NCBI GenBank assembly: GCA_035653475.1
Contig: DASRBU010000137.1
Span: 1-45,159, forward strand
Length of the DNA: 45,159 bases
Direction of reading: 5' to 3'
Source of the DNA: Candidatus Dormiibacterota bacterium
Lineage (GTDB): Bacteria; Chloroflexota; Dormibacteria; Dormibacterales; Dormibacteraceae
Part shown: positions 34,806-44,710 of the stretch, piece after piece
How positions within the stretch are numbered: position 1 is the stretch's first letter
How the letters are laid out: every line of letters starts with the position of its first letter
Made by a program: the position numbers and the translations under genes
Notes under the pieces: model-generated
The model's input: only the letters and a program-made list of their open reading frames with translations
Database searches by the model: none
What the model was told of the DNA's origin: nothing

Positions 34806-36517
34806 GCGCGGTATGGGCCCCGGGGGCGGGCTCGGTCGAGGCGGTGGTCGGCGGAGCCAGCGTCGGCATGGAACGGGGCGAGGGCGGCTGGTGGCACCTG
34901 GCCGGGGAGGAGCTCCGCCCGGGCACCCGCTACGCCTTCTGCCTTGACGGGGCCGACCCGCTGCCCGATCCGCGCTCGCGCCACCAGCCCGAGGGTGTTC
35001 ACGGCGCATCCGCTGCGGTGGGCCCCTTCCACTGGAGCGACGAGGGCTGGCGGGGGGTCCATCTCTCCTCGGCGGTGATCTACGAGCTGCACATCGGCAC
35101 GTTCAGCCCGGCGGGCACCTTCGCCGGGGCCATCGAGAGGCTGGACCACCTTGTGGACCTCGGGGTCGACGTGGTGGAGATCATGCCGGTGGCGGAGTTC
35201 CCGGGCAGGCGGGGATGGGGTTATGACGGGGTGGACCTCTATGCCCCCCACCACGGCTACGGCGGGCCCCAGGGGCTGGCCGCCCTGGTGGACGCCTGCC
35301 ACGCCCGCGGCCTTGGGGTGGTGCTCGACGTCGTCTACAACCACCTGGGCCCGGCCGGCAACTACCTCGATCGGTTCGGGCCCTACTTCACGGACCGCTA
35401 CGCCACTCCGTGGGGGCGGGCGGTCAACTTCGACGGCCCCGGCAGCGACGAGGTGCGGCGCTTCTTCGTCGACAACGCCTGCATGTGGTTGACCGAGTAC
35501 CACGTCGACGGCCTGCGTCTCGACGCCGTGCACGCCATCGTGGACACCTCGGCCCGCCACATCCTCGAGGACCTGGCCGAGGCCGTCCACGAGGTCGCCG
35601 ACGCCACCGGCCGGGCCCGCTTCGCCATCGCCGAGAGCGACCTCAACGACCCCCGGCTGGTGCGCCCAACCGACGTCGGCGGCCACGGCCTCGACGCTGC
35701 CTGGAGCGACGACTTCCACCACGGCCTGCACGTGGCCCTGACCGGCGAGCGCTCCGGGTACTACGGCGACTTCGAGGGCCTGGCCGACGTGGCCGCCGCT
35801 CTGACCGGGGGCTGGGTCTACCGGGGCCAGCCCTCCCGCCACCGGGGCCGGCGCCACGGGCGGCCGTATGCGCCGCTGGCCGGATCCCGCCTGGTCGGCT
35901 ACCTGCAGAACCACGACCAGGTCGGCAACCGGGCTGCCGGCGAGCGCATCAGCGCCCTGACCAGCCTCGAGCGGGTGAAGGTCGGGGCCGCCCTGGTGCT
36001 CACCTCGCCGTTCGTGCCCCTCCTGTTCCAGGGCGAGGAGTGGGCCGCCTCAACGCCGTTCCAGTACTTCACCGATCACGACCCCGAGCTGGGCCGGGCG
36101 GTCAGCGAGGGCCGCCGGTCGGAGTTCGCCGCCTTCGGCTGGCGCCCGGAGGAGGTCCCCGACCCCCAGGACCCCGACACCTTCGCCCGCTCGGTGCTCG
36201 ACTGGACCGAGCGCGACCGCGCTCCGCATGCCGGCATGCTCGAGTGGTACCGGCGACTGATCGACCTGCGCAGGCGGACCCCGGCCCTTCTCGACGGGCG
36301 CCTCGACCGGGTGAGGGCCGAGGTCGATCGGGCCGCTGGCACCCTGGTGGTCACCAGGGGACCGGTGACGGTGGCCGCCAACCTCGGTCCGGCCCCGGCC
36401 CGCCTGGCCGTCGAGCCGGCCGAGGTGGTGCTGGCCTCGGCTGACGGCGTGGGCCGCTGCGACGACGGCCGGGCGGTGCTGGTCCCGCCCGACTCGGTCG
36501 CCGTCCTGCGCCGTTAG
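34802..36517 (+). CDS. treZ: Malto-oligosyltrehalose trehalohydrolase
   Basis: VWAP, PDPRSRHQPEGVHG, YELHIGTF, WGYDGV, GLRLDAVHAI, QNHDQVGNR, LFQGEEW. GTG overlaps the treY stop. Confidence 0.97.
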   Translation: MSAVWAPGAGSVEAVVGGASVGMERGEGGWWHLAGEELRPGTRYAFCLDGADPLPDPRSRHQPEGVHGASAAVGPFHWSDEGWRGVHLSSAVIYELHIGTFSPAGTFAGAIERLDHLVDLGVDVVEIMPVAEFPGRRGWGYDGVDLYAPHHGYGGPQGLAALVDACHARGLGVVLDVVYNHLGPAGNYLDRFGPYFTDRYATPWGRAVNFDGPGSDEVRRFFVDNACMWLTEYHVDGLRLDAVHAIVDTSARHILEDLAEAVHEVADATGRARFAIAESDLNDPRLVRPTDVGGHGLDAAWSDDFHHGLHVALTGERSGYYGDFEGLADVAAALTGGWVYRGQPSRHRGRRHGRPYAPLAGSRLVGYLQNHDQVGNRAAGERISALTSLERVKVGAALVLTSPFVPLLFQGEEWAASTPFQYFTDHDPELGRAVSEGRRSEFAAFGWRPEEVPDPQDPDTFARSVLDWTERDRAPHAGMLEWYRRLIDLRRRTPALLDGRLDRVRAEVDRAAGTLVVTRGPVTVAANLGPAPARLAVEPAEVVLASADGVGRCDDGRAVLVPPDSVAVLRR

Positions 36518-38583
36518 GCGGGCGAGGCGGCGGTCAGGTGCCGGCGCCCGAAGAGGAAGGCGAGGCCGTAGAGGGCGGCCACCACGATGAGCAGCACCCG
36601 GAAGCCGGTCACCAGCGAGAGGTACTCGAGCGCCCCACCGACGATGGCGCCGAGCAGGTTGGCCCCGAAGGCGGTCGTCGAGGAGGCCACCCCGGCGAAG
36701 CGCTGGGCGAAGACCAGGTTGGCCACGAAGACGGGGCCGAAGGCCAGGGCGGTGGCGGCCAGGAAGCGGAAGACCGCCGGCAACGAGAGCAGGGAGGCCT
36801 GGGGGACCACCCAGGCGATCACCAGCGTCACCACCAGGGCGGCGTAGAGGGCCCACGGGGGAGGAAGGCGGAGGTGGCGGGCCGTCTCCACGGCGGCGTA
36901 GATGCTCAGCAGCACCCCGGCGAACACCAGCGAGTTGACGTACCAGGTGGTCCCGAACAGCAGGGCGAACTGCACCACGTTCTTGGTCTCGAGCAGCATG
37001 AAGGCGGCGCCCATGCAGAACAGGTCGGTGAACGGCGCCATCCTCCGCAGCGGTCCCCCGGCCACCCTGACCGCCAGCAGGGAGCCAGCCAGCACCAGGC
37101 CCACGACCGTCAGGTACAGGACCGGTATGGAAGGCGTCGGCAGATAGGGGTAGGGGCGGTCGTCGGAAACCGGCGCCACCCGCTTCCCTCCCCACGGCGA
37201 TGAGCAGTCGGGCGTGGGACCCGACGACGCCTCGGTGAGCACCGCCTGCCGGCGGCCGCTCAGCGGATCTCCCAGCTCGACGCACGGGCGGGAACCGAAG
37301 GTGTCGCTGAGCTGGGTGGCGTAGCGGTTGAGCAGGAACGGTTGGTAGTAGTTGTACATCACGAAGGTTCCACCGGGGGCCAGGTGCGCCTTGGCCGCCA
37401 CGATGGCCTGGCTGGTGAGCAGGTAGTTCTCCAGCCCCACCGGCGCCGCCTGGCCGGTCAGGGCGGTGAGTGAGTCGGGCAGAGCGTAGAGGATCAGGTT
37501 GTAGCGGCGGTGCGTGTTGCTCACGTAGGCCCGCCCGTCGTCGATGTGCAGCGTCACCCGGGGGTTCTGGTAGGCGTGCTCGGGGTTGTAGCGCCGGCCC
37601 AGGGCCACCAGCCGGGGGTCGATCTCGACGGCGTCGACGTGGCGGGCGCCCTCCGACAGGGCGACCCCTACGTCGTTGCCGGTTCCGGCGCCGATGATCA
37701 GCACGTTCCCGAGGTCAGCCCGGCTGGCATGGCGGTAGGGGAAGAAGTAGAAGGACTCGATGCGCTGCAGGGTCTGGATCGGGTACAGCGTCTGGAAGGG
37801 GATGTTGTTGCCCGACACCACCAGCACCCCCGGCGTGTTGGGCGGCGGCACGGCGGTGATCTTGTAGTAGGGCGACCAGTGGTCGTAGCTCGAGAACGAC
37901 TCGACGGCGAGGACCACCAGGACCACGCCGATGCCGAGCCACTGCCACCACCGACCGGTGCGCCCCAGCAGTACCGCCAGCAGCACGACCAGGACGGCGG
38001 CCCAGGCCAGTGGAGGCAGGCCCACCAGCGAAAGCAGGGAGAAGGCGGTGATGCCGGCGATGCTGCCGACGATGTCCCAGCGGTAGGCGTCGAGCGAGCC
38101 GAATCGGGAGAAGGTGACCGCCAGGCCCTGACCGAGCCCGGCCATGACCGCGACCACCAGCACGAAGATGACCGGAAGGCTCACCCACTGCGGCAGGGGG
38201 GCCCGGCCGCCGACGCTCTGGAACTCCCTCGGCCCGCTCAGGGCCACCAGCCTGACGGCGAATACGAGCACGAAGCCCACCAGCACCGACAACCAGACGG
38301 GGACCAGCCCGAACAGGTCGACCTTCGAGCGGGCCAGTAGGAAGCCCAGGCCGATGCCCAGGAAGCTGGCCAGCAGCACGAAGTTGGTGATGCTGACGAG
38401 CTGGACGTTGTTGGCCACCGTCCACCGGATCAGGGCCAGCTCCACGAAGAGGCTCAGCATGGAGAGCACGACCAGCCGCCGGGCGCTGCCCACCGGGAGG
38501 AGGCGGCGATCGGGGCGGCCGGAGGTCCCCCGGGGCTCCCCGGCTTCGACGTTGGTGGGGGCCAGGGCCGTTTCGGTGGCCAT
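36514..38583 (-). CDS. Membrane-embedded spermidine-synthase-like / SAM-dependent transferase
   Basis: N- and C-terminal TM bundles flank WSPYYKI, VLIIGAGTGNDV, AVEIDP, DDGRAY and DDRPYPY. Start at MATET after AGGAG. Confidence 0.85.
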   Translation of the reverse strand: MATETALAPTNVEAGEPRGTSGRPDRRLLPVGSARRLVVLSMLSLFVELALIRWTVANNVQLVSITNFVLLASFLGIGLGFLLARSKVDLFGLVPVWLSVLVGFVLVFAVRLVALSGPREFQSVGGRAPLPQWVSLPVIFVLVVAVMAGLGQGLAVTFSRFGSLDAYRWDIVGSIAGITAFSLLSLVGLPPLAWAAVLVVLLAVLLGRTGRWWQWLGIGVVLVVLAVESFSSYDHWSPYYKITAVPPPNTPGVLVVSGNNIPFQTLYPIQTLQRIESFYFFPYRHASRADLGNVLIIGAGTGNDVGVALSEGARHVDAVEIDPRLVALGRRYNPEHAYQNPRVTLHIDDGRAYVSNTHRRYNLILYALPDSLTALTGQAAPVGLENYLLTSQAIVAAKAHLAPGGTFVMYNYYQPFLLNRYATQLSDTFGSRPCVELGDPLSGRRQAVLTEASSGPTPDCSSPWGGKRVAPVSDDRPYPYLPTPSIPVLYLTVVGLVLAGSLLAVRVAGGPLRRMAPFTDLFCMGAAFMLLETKNVVQFALLFGTTWYVNSLVFAGVLLSIYAAVETARHLRLPPPWALYAALVVTLVIAWVVPQASLLSLPAVFRFLAATALAFGPVFVANLVFAQRFAGVASSTTAFGANLLGAIVGGALEYLSLVTGFRVLLIVVAALYGLAFLFGRRHLTAASPA

Positions 38584-38730
38584 CAGCTCCTGCCCGATTC
38601 GAGCGCTTTGGGAGGCATCGCCCCACCTTAGGGGGTCCGGTGGGCGGCCCCGGCAACCCGCACCGGCACCATCGGCCGGTCCCGGCAATGCGCCCGGTGC
38701 CGGGTTGCCTGTGGTGGAATCCGGTGCCGG

Positions 38731-39498
38731 ATGGAGCGCTCCTTCGATGCCCTGGTTGCCGAGGCCGAGTCGGCCCCCATCAGCGGATGGGACTTCACCT
38801 GGCTCGAAGGGCGGGCGACGGAGGACAGACCTAGTTGGGGCTACTCAGCTGAGCTGGCCCGCCGCTATCCCAGGGCGTCCTCGGTGCTGGACGTCCAGTG
38901 CGGGGGCGGCGAGCTGCTCGGCGGGCTGCCCCGACTGCCTCCGCTGCTGGTGGCGACGGAGGGGTGGCGTCCCAACCTGGCCGTTGCCGCCGAGCGCCTG
39001 CAGCCCCGCCATGCCCATGTGGTGGCCGCCCATGACGACCGACCGGGTCTTCCCTTCGCCGACGGGGCCTTCGACCTGGTTACCAGCAGGCACCCCATCG
39101 TCACCTGGTGGGACGAGATCGCCAGGGTCATGCGGCCTGGCGGGATCTTCCTGTCCCAGCAGGTCGGCCCGCACAGCGTCCGGGAGCTGACCGAGTACCT
39201 GCTCGGACCGCAGCCTGCCTCGTCCCACCGGGATCCGGAACTGGCTCGATCGGCGGCGGAAGGCGCCGGGCTGAGGGTGGTCGACCTGCGCTCGGAGCGG
39301 CTCCGCACCGTCTTCTACGACATCGGGGCGGTGGTGTACTTCCTCCGCCTGGTCATCTGGATCGTGCCGGGCTTCAGCGTCGAGGTCCACCGCGCCCGGC
39401 TGCTCAGCCTCCACGAGGAGATCAGCCGGCGAGGCTCGTTCGTGGCCCACGCCTCCCGCTTCCTCATCGAGGCGCGGAAGCCTGATCGACCGGCCTAG
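38731..39498 (+). CDS. Class I SAM-dependent methyltransferase
   Basis: GWDFTWL.GR, LDVQCGGGE, LPFADGAFDLVTSRH, PGG.FLSQQVG. Confidence 0.92.
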   Translation: MERSFDALVAEAESAPISGWDFTWLEGRATEDRPSWGYSAELARRYPRASSVLDVQCGGGELLGGLPRLPPLLVATEGWRPNLAVAAERLQPRHAHVVAAHDDRPGLPFADGAFDLVTSRHPIVTWWDEIARVMRPGGIFLSQQVGPHSVRELTEYLLGPQPASSHRDPELARSAAEGAGLRVVDLRSERLRTVFYDIGAVVYFLRLVIWIVPGFSVEVHRARLLSLHEEISRRGSFVAHASRFLIEARKPDRPA

Positions 39499-39545
39499 GG
39501 CGCCGCAGGTTGGCAAGGGCGTAGCGGCGTCGCCGCTGCGGCCCC

Positions 39546-41027
39546 TCAGTCGATGCCCCGGTACTCCAGCCAGTCGACCTGGGCCGGTCCGCCGGCGGAG
39601 AACACCCCGGCCACCCGGCCGGTGAAGCCGCCGGCGACCTCGGTCGACAGGTAACGGCCGTCGAGCTCCCCCAGGCTGATCATGGCGCCCCCGTCCAGGT
39701 AGCCGAGGGCGACGGTGTCGGGGCCGGCGCTCCACCCGGAGGCGGCCCTGGTCTCGATGGCCAACTGCACCGCCCCGGAAGGAGCTGGTGTCGACCCGAG
39801 CTCCTGGCACAGCGGGCCGATGCGGGCCCGGGCCCGCAGGCGTCCGGCCTCGAGGACGACCTCGACGTGATGGCGCTCGTCCATGCGCACCCCCAGGCCG
39901 ACCGCGCCCTCCGCCGCTTGCAACTGGGCGCTGACCCGGCAGTGGTGGTCGGTCTGGCGGCGCCCGACGAAGGTGGGCAGGCGTCCGTCGAGGTCGTCCT
40001 TTCCACCGGCCAGCACCAGCCGGCCGCCGTCGACCTTGACGTCCTCCGGTCGGCGCTGGCGTACCGACACCAGCTGGGGAGCCAGTCCGCCGGCGAAGTC
40101 GTGGCGCGCCGGTGGCGCCGGCCAGGGACATGGTTCGAGCTCGGGACCGTCCAGCTCCTCCGCCACCAGATCCACCACCGGCCAGTCGTCCTCCCAGCTC
40201 ACCCGGGTCAGGAAGGTCTCCCGCCCGAGCACGTGGAAGCGGGGCGTCATCCCGCGGGGCCTCACCGCCAGGAGGACCATCCACCACGACCCGTCCTCCA
40301 GCTCGACCATGTCGGCGTGGCCGGTGTTCTGGATGCCATGAGCCAGTCCCCGGTGGGTGAGGATCGGATTGTGCGGGCACGGCTCGAACGGTCCCGCGGG
40401 GCTCGGTCCCCGGGCGACGGCCACGGAATGGCCCCGCTCGGTGCCCCCCTCGGCGATCATCAGGTACCAGTAGCGGCCACGCCGGAACAGGTGGGGCGCC
40501 TCCGGAGCCTGGGCCCCGGGGCTGCCCGACCACTGCCTGACCGGCTCGGACAGAACCGCCCCGCTTACGGCGTCGATCCGCGCCTGCCTGATCCCGTAGT
40601 AGGTGAACCAGCAGTTGCCCTCGTCGTCCCAGGTCAGGTCGGGGTCGATGCCGGGCAGCCTCACGGGCACGGGGTCGCTCCACGGGCCGGCCGGGTCATC
40701 GGCGGTGATGACGAACTGGAAGGAGCCGAGCCCTCCGGCGCCCGGGCCCAGGCCCAGAACCGAGCAGGCCAACCAGAACCGGCCGTCGTGATGGCGGATG
40801 GTGGGGGCGGTGATGCCCAGAGAGGACGGCACCGGGGTGAGGTCCAGCTGGCCCGGGCGGTCGATGGCGTTGCCGACCTGGGACCAGTGCACCAGGTCGC
40901 GGGAGCGGAAGACCGGCAGCGCCGGCCAGTACTCGAAGCTGGAGCACACCAGGTAGAAGTCCTCGCCCACCCGGCACAGGCTGGGGTCGGGATGGAACCC
41001 GGCTATGACCGGGTTGGCTGCCTTCAC
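39546..41027 (-). CDS. GH43 beta-xylosidase / alpha-arabinofuranosidase
   Basis: NPVIAGFHPDPS, SSFEYWP, APTIRHH, GIDPDL, PEAPHL, AEGGT, YLSTEVAGGFTG. GTG start at 41027. Confidence 0.95.
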   Translation of the reverse strand: MKAANPVIAGFHPDPSLCRVGEDFYLVCSSFEYWPALPVFRSRDLVHWSQVGNAIDRPGQLDLTPVPSSLGITAPTIRHHDGRFWLACSVLGLGPGAGGLGSFQFVITADDPAGPWSDPVPVRLPGIDPDLTWDDEGNCWFTYYGIRQARIDAVSGAVLSEPVRQWSGSPGAQAPEAPHLFRRGRYWYLMIAEGGTERGHSVAVARGPSPAGPFEPCPHNPILTHRGLAHGIQNTGHADMVELEDGSWWMVLLAVRPRGMTPRFHVLGRETFLTRVSWEDDWPVVDLVAEELDGPELEPCPWPAPPARHDFAGGLAPQLVSVRQRRPEDVKVDGGRLVLAGGKDDLDGRLPTFVGRRQTDHHCRVSAQLQAAEGAVGLGVRMDERHHVEVVLEAGRLRARARIGPLCQELGSTPAPSGAVQLAIETRAASGWSAGPDTVALGYLDGGAMISLGELDGRYLSTEVAGGFTGRVAGVFSAGGPAQVDWLEYRGID

Positions 41028-41031
41028 CGCC

Positions 41032-41424
41032 TCAGTTGAGGCTTCCGGCCAGCACTCCTCCGCTGGCGGCGCCACTGGAGGTCGGGGCGCCCGACACCGA
41101 CAGCTGGTAGGTGTTGAACGGGATGTAGGAGATGCCGGCGATGGTGGGACCGCTCCCACTCGCCGTCTGCCAGTAGGCGGGGTTGTCGGGATAGCGGGCC
41201 TTCTGGGTGAGGTCGACGATGGTCCAGGAGGCGTTGGTCGTCGATATGTATCCCGACACCGATCCGCCGTCGGGCATGAAGGTGCAGCTGTCCCCGGCCG
41301 TGGCGAAGCAGTAGGCCTTGCCGCCGGTGGGGGGATAGACCGTCGCTGCCCGGGCCGACGGCACCCATGACATCACGGTCAGCCCGGCCGCCGCGGCCGC
41401 CACCGCCGGCCAGCGCCCCCTCAC
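41032..41424 (-). CDS. Small secreted hypothetical protein (130 aa)
   Basis: GTG overlaps the upstream stop. Signal peptide ends in ARA; beta-rich mature region has two Cys. Confidence 0.7.
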   Translation of the reverse strand: MRGRWPAVAAAAAGLTVMSWVPSARAATVYPPTGGKAYCFATAGDSCTFMPDGGSVSGYISTTNASWTIVDLTQKARYPDNPAYWQTASGSGPTIAGISYIPFNTYQLSVSGAPTSSGAASGGVLAGSLN

Positions 41425-44400
41425 TGGCCGGCCCCGGTGGCGCGAGGTCGGTCGGTGGCGACCGACGCCGGCAGCCCCACGGGCAGGGGGCTGGCGCTGG
41501 CCGTGGCGGTGCCGGTCGGTGACGACATGGTGGCCGGCGAGGGAGAAGCGGCCGAGGCCGAGAAGGCCGAGGCGACCGGGTCCCAGGTGACGGCCCAGTC
41601 GGCGGTGCTGCCGGCGCTCAGGTTGTCCATGGTGAACTCCACGTAGTCGGACTGGTCGAGTGTGGGCTTGGGATGGACCGGTCTCCCGTTGACCCAGGCC
41701 CGCAGGCTGTTCGGATCGACGCCGGCTGGTACCCGTACCTGCATGTCGACGCTCGCTGAGGAGAGGGGGGTTATGTATCCCCTCATCAACCCGCCGGCGT
41801 AGTCCTGGGCCAGGCCGTAGCCGGCCCCATCGGTGCTCGGGACCCGCAGGCTCCACCCGTCGAAGGGCAGATGCGGTGCCACCCGGAAGCCGGTCCCGGT
41901 CGGCTGCAGGCCGGCCAGCTTCTCGAAGGCGAACAGCCCCCAGGACTCCTGGTGGAGGATCTGACCGTCGATGGCGGTGCTGGTCTCCACCCCGCAGGAG
42001 TAGGGACCCACCCACCAGACGGCGCAGACGTCGTCGGTGGAGATCACCCCGTCCCAGTGGTCGGGATGCTGGGTGGCCAGGTTGGCCAGGGTGTTGCGGG
42101 TCAGCTCGTCCCAGGCGTAGGCGTCCGCTCCGGCCACGTTCTCGTCGGTGGTCCCGTAGGCCCAGGCCATGGGATCGTCGATGGCGAACCAGTCCGAGGT
42201 GGAGTTGCTCAGGGCCCCGGCGTTGAAGCTCGAACTGGAGTTGGGGTCGGGGGAGAGGCCGGAGCCGATCTTGGACGGGCCCCCTTGGGCGGTGAAGCAC
42301 GTCCCCAGCAGGTAGCACTGCCAGGAGTCCACGATCGCCTGCTGGCGGCTGGGCGGGTCGATGAGCGCCTGCTCCTGGGGGGTGGCGAACTGCGCCGCCA
42401 GCAGCGCCCATGGCTCGGACAGGGCCGATATCGACGTGGGGGTGGTACCGAGGGCCTCCGGTCCGGCGTAGCCCCGGTTGTACCAGCCCATCGGTGCACC
42501 GGCGGCGTTGTCCGGTTGGCTCACCCACTGATTGGCCAGGGCCGTGTCGAGGGTGGCGGTGCTCGCCCGCAGCTGGCCGGCGAAGCTGGAGTCACCCACC
42601 AGGTCGGCGAGGGCGGCCAGGTAGGGATAGACGTAGGCCAGCTGGGCGGCGACCAGGGTCGACTCGGTGAGCCCGTTGGTCTCGACCGAAAAGTCCGCCC
42701 AGTCGCCCATGGTGCCGGCATTGGGCAGGCCGTGGGCCCCCCGGCCTATGACGTTCTCCTGGTGGAAGTAAGCCAGCTTGAGGTGGTCCCAGAGCGTGGC
42801 GGTGCTCGCCCCGCCCAGGTACGGCACCGGCTGCTGGAAGAACGAGACGTCGCGGCTGGCCAGTCCGTACTCGGCGGCGGCCAGCAGCAGCCACAGGTCC
42901 AGGTCGTCGGACTCGCCGCCGAAGAAGTACGGAGTGCAGAGGTCCTGCATCCCGTAGGGGATCGCTCCGACCCCGGGGCTCTGCTCCTGGGCCGAGTACA
43001 CGATGACGCCGCGGGCCAGGGCCGGGTCGGAGTACACCATCGGCAGCACGTGCTGGAGCGGATCGCGGTAGGCGTCGTTCACGCCTTGGTCGTACTGGTA
43101 GTACCCGCCCTGGGACAGGATGGGCTGACCGTTGCACGCCTCCTCCGGGGTGGAGCGCGAACGAACCATGTAGGCGTCCCATTCGAGCTCGCGGGCCAGC
43201 CAGCGGTAGTCGGTATAGGACGCGTAGGAGGGGACCGAGGTGGGGGAGGGCAGGCTGGCCTTGGGCACCCAGGCCAGCCAGGCTGCCTCGGAGGCGTCGA
43301 GGGGATCCCCGGGAGCCGGCCGCATGGCCGCCGCGTTCCACTTGGCCACCAGAGCCGTGACCGGCGCGGCCGTGTCAGGGCCCTGGGTGGTGTGGGACAT
43401 CCCGTAGATGTAGTGGAGGGTCACCGACTGACCCGGGGCCAGGCTCACCGGGGTCTGGAAGGCGAACAGGGTGTTGCCCGGCTGCGACTCCCCGCCGGCC
43501 GACGGGGCGGCGATGGAGTCGCTGAGGCGACCGGCCGCGACCTCGTCGGGATTGGGGCGGCTCCCGTTGCCGAAGAAGGTGGCCAGGTTGGTCTCATAGG
43601 CCGCCACCGGGGTGTTGCCGAGGGGGGCGGCGAAGATGGAGAGGGGATCGGTGTCGACGGTATGGGGATTGGCGTCGCCCACGTCGGGCAGCTGGGCCAC
43701 GGCCAGGGTGTGGGTGGCCGGGTCGTAGGTGGGCGATGCCAGCGCCCGGTTCCGGGGCCCGTAGGCCGGAAGGCCCGGGGTCATGGCCGGGTTCACGTCC
43801 CAGTACTCGAACCAGGCCAGCGACTCGCTGGCGGAGCTGGACTGGTTGGTGATGGTCACGTCGTGCAAGAGGACCGGGTCGTTGCCGAACGGCGCGTAGA
43901 CGTGCTCGTCGACGCTCACCGGGCTGGGGACGTCGGAGGGAGCCGAGTCCGACATCGAGTGGCGGAAGTAGCCGACGCCGAAGTCGCGCTCGGTCTGGGC
44001 CTGGGCCGGGCGGTCCTCGTAGAGAGTGGAGATGGACTGGGCCACCTTGCCGGACCCGTCGAGGAAGTCGAGGTAGCCGTAGCCGCCGGAGAAGTGCTTG
44101 GAAGGACCCTCGTAGTAGTTGGCCCACTCGTAGGTCCGGGCCTGGCTCCACAACTCGGTGTAGCCGTGGTTGGTGGCGAAGGCGTGGTTGTAGTCGTTGC
44201 CCACCTGGTGGAAGGCCGTGTCGCCGCCGCTCTCCTCGGCGAGGTCAGCCCGATGATCGACCTGCTGGTCCAGGGTGTAGTCGTAGGCCGGCAGGCCCCA
44301 CTGGTCCACTGACCAGTTGCCGAAGTGGCCGCTGCCGTAGCTGGAGCCGATGTCGACCTGACTCTGGTCGGCCGACAGCGGGGGAGGCGGAGAGTCCGCC

Positions 44401-44492
44401 AGCGCCGGGCGGACGCCGGCCGCTCCGATCGAGGCCACCAGGGCGACCACCGCCACGACCGCGACCAGGCGGCGCCGTACGCCAACCGACAT
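41421..44492 (-). CDS. Large secreted GH94-like (alpha/alpha)6 glycoside hydrolase/phosphorylase
   Basis: Signal peptide ends in PALA. YRDPLQ, SDDLDLWLL..A.EY and GDWAD...ESTLVA resemble the GH94 RD..Q, DD..WL and DWND...ES motifs. Confidence 0.75.
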   Translation of the reverse strand: MSVGVRRRLVAVVAVVALVASIGAAGVRPALADSPPPPLSADQSQVDIGSSYGSGHFGNWSVDQWGLPAYDYTLDQQVDHRADLAEESGGDTAFHQVGNDYNHAFATNHGYTELWSQARTYEWANYYEGPSKHFSGGYGYLDFLDGSGKVAQSISTLYEDRPAQAQTERDFGVGYFRHSMSDSAPSDVPSPVSVDEHVYAPFGNDPVLLHDVTITNQSSSASESLAWFEYWDVNPAMTPGLPAYGPRNRALASPTYDPATHTLAVAQLPDVGDANPHTVDTDPLSIFAAPLGNTPVAAYETNLATFFGNGSRPNPDEVAAGRLSDSIAAPSAGGESQPGNTLFAFQTPVSLAPGQSVTLHYIYGMSHTTQGPDTAAPVTALVAKWNAAAMRPAPGDPLDASEAAWLAWVPKASLPSPTSVPSYASYTDYRWLARELEWDAYMVRSRSTPEEACNGQPILSQGGYYQYDQGVNDAYRDPLQHVLPMVYSDPALARGVIVYSAQEQSPGVGAIPYGMQDLCTPYFFGGESDDLDLWLLLAAAEYGLASRDVSFFQQPVPYLGGASTATLWDHLKLAYFHQENVIGRGAHGLPNAGTMGDWADFSVETNGLTESTLVAAQLAYVYPYLAALADLVGDSSFAGQLRASTATLDTALANQWVSQPDNAAGAPMGWYNRGYAGPEALGTTPTSISALSEPWALLAAQFATPQEQALIDPPSRQQAIVDSWQCYLLGTCFTAQGGPSKIGSGLSPDPNSSSSFNAGALSNSTSDWFAIDDPMAWAYGTTDENVAGADAYAWDELTRNTLANLATQHPDHWDGVISTDDVCAVWWVGPYSCGVETSTAIDGQILHQESWGLFAFEKLAGLQPTGTGFRVAPHLPFDGWSLRVPSTDGAGYGLAQDYAGGLMRGYITPLSSASVDMQVRVPAGVDPNSLRAWVNGRPVHPKPTLDQSDYVEFTMDNLSAGSTADWAVTWDPVASAFSASAASPSPATMSSPTGTATASASPLPVGLPASVATDRPRATGAGQ

Positions 44493-44710
44493 CCCCAGCT
44501 CCCCAGCCTCGACCGTCCACCGCCGGACGGCTCCTTACGCTGACGTAAGCGTAGAAGCAGGGAGCCGGACCAGGCAAGGCCGGCGGCGAGCCCATGACCG
44601 CCCGACGCTGGTCGAGGCGGAGAAGGCAGTCCGGTTAACTGTTCGATAGCCTAAGCATCCTGGGCCCAGAGATCTGAGCCGCCCGCACCACCGTCCTCGA
44701 GGAGGAGCTC

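Noticed and set aside
32232-36517. treYZ without an adjacent treX/glgX as a novelty
   Set aside because: The debranching enzyme gene is often located elsewhere, so this is not informative.
13130-44312. Long antisense ORFs (e.g. 13130-15268, 21350-23209, 27975-30464, 32034-35009, 41871-44312)
   Set aside because: They are opposite-strand shadows of well-supported genes, expected in high-GC DNA, and show no motifs.
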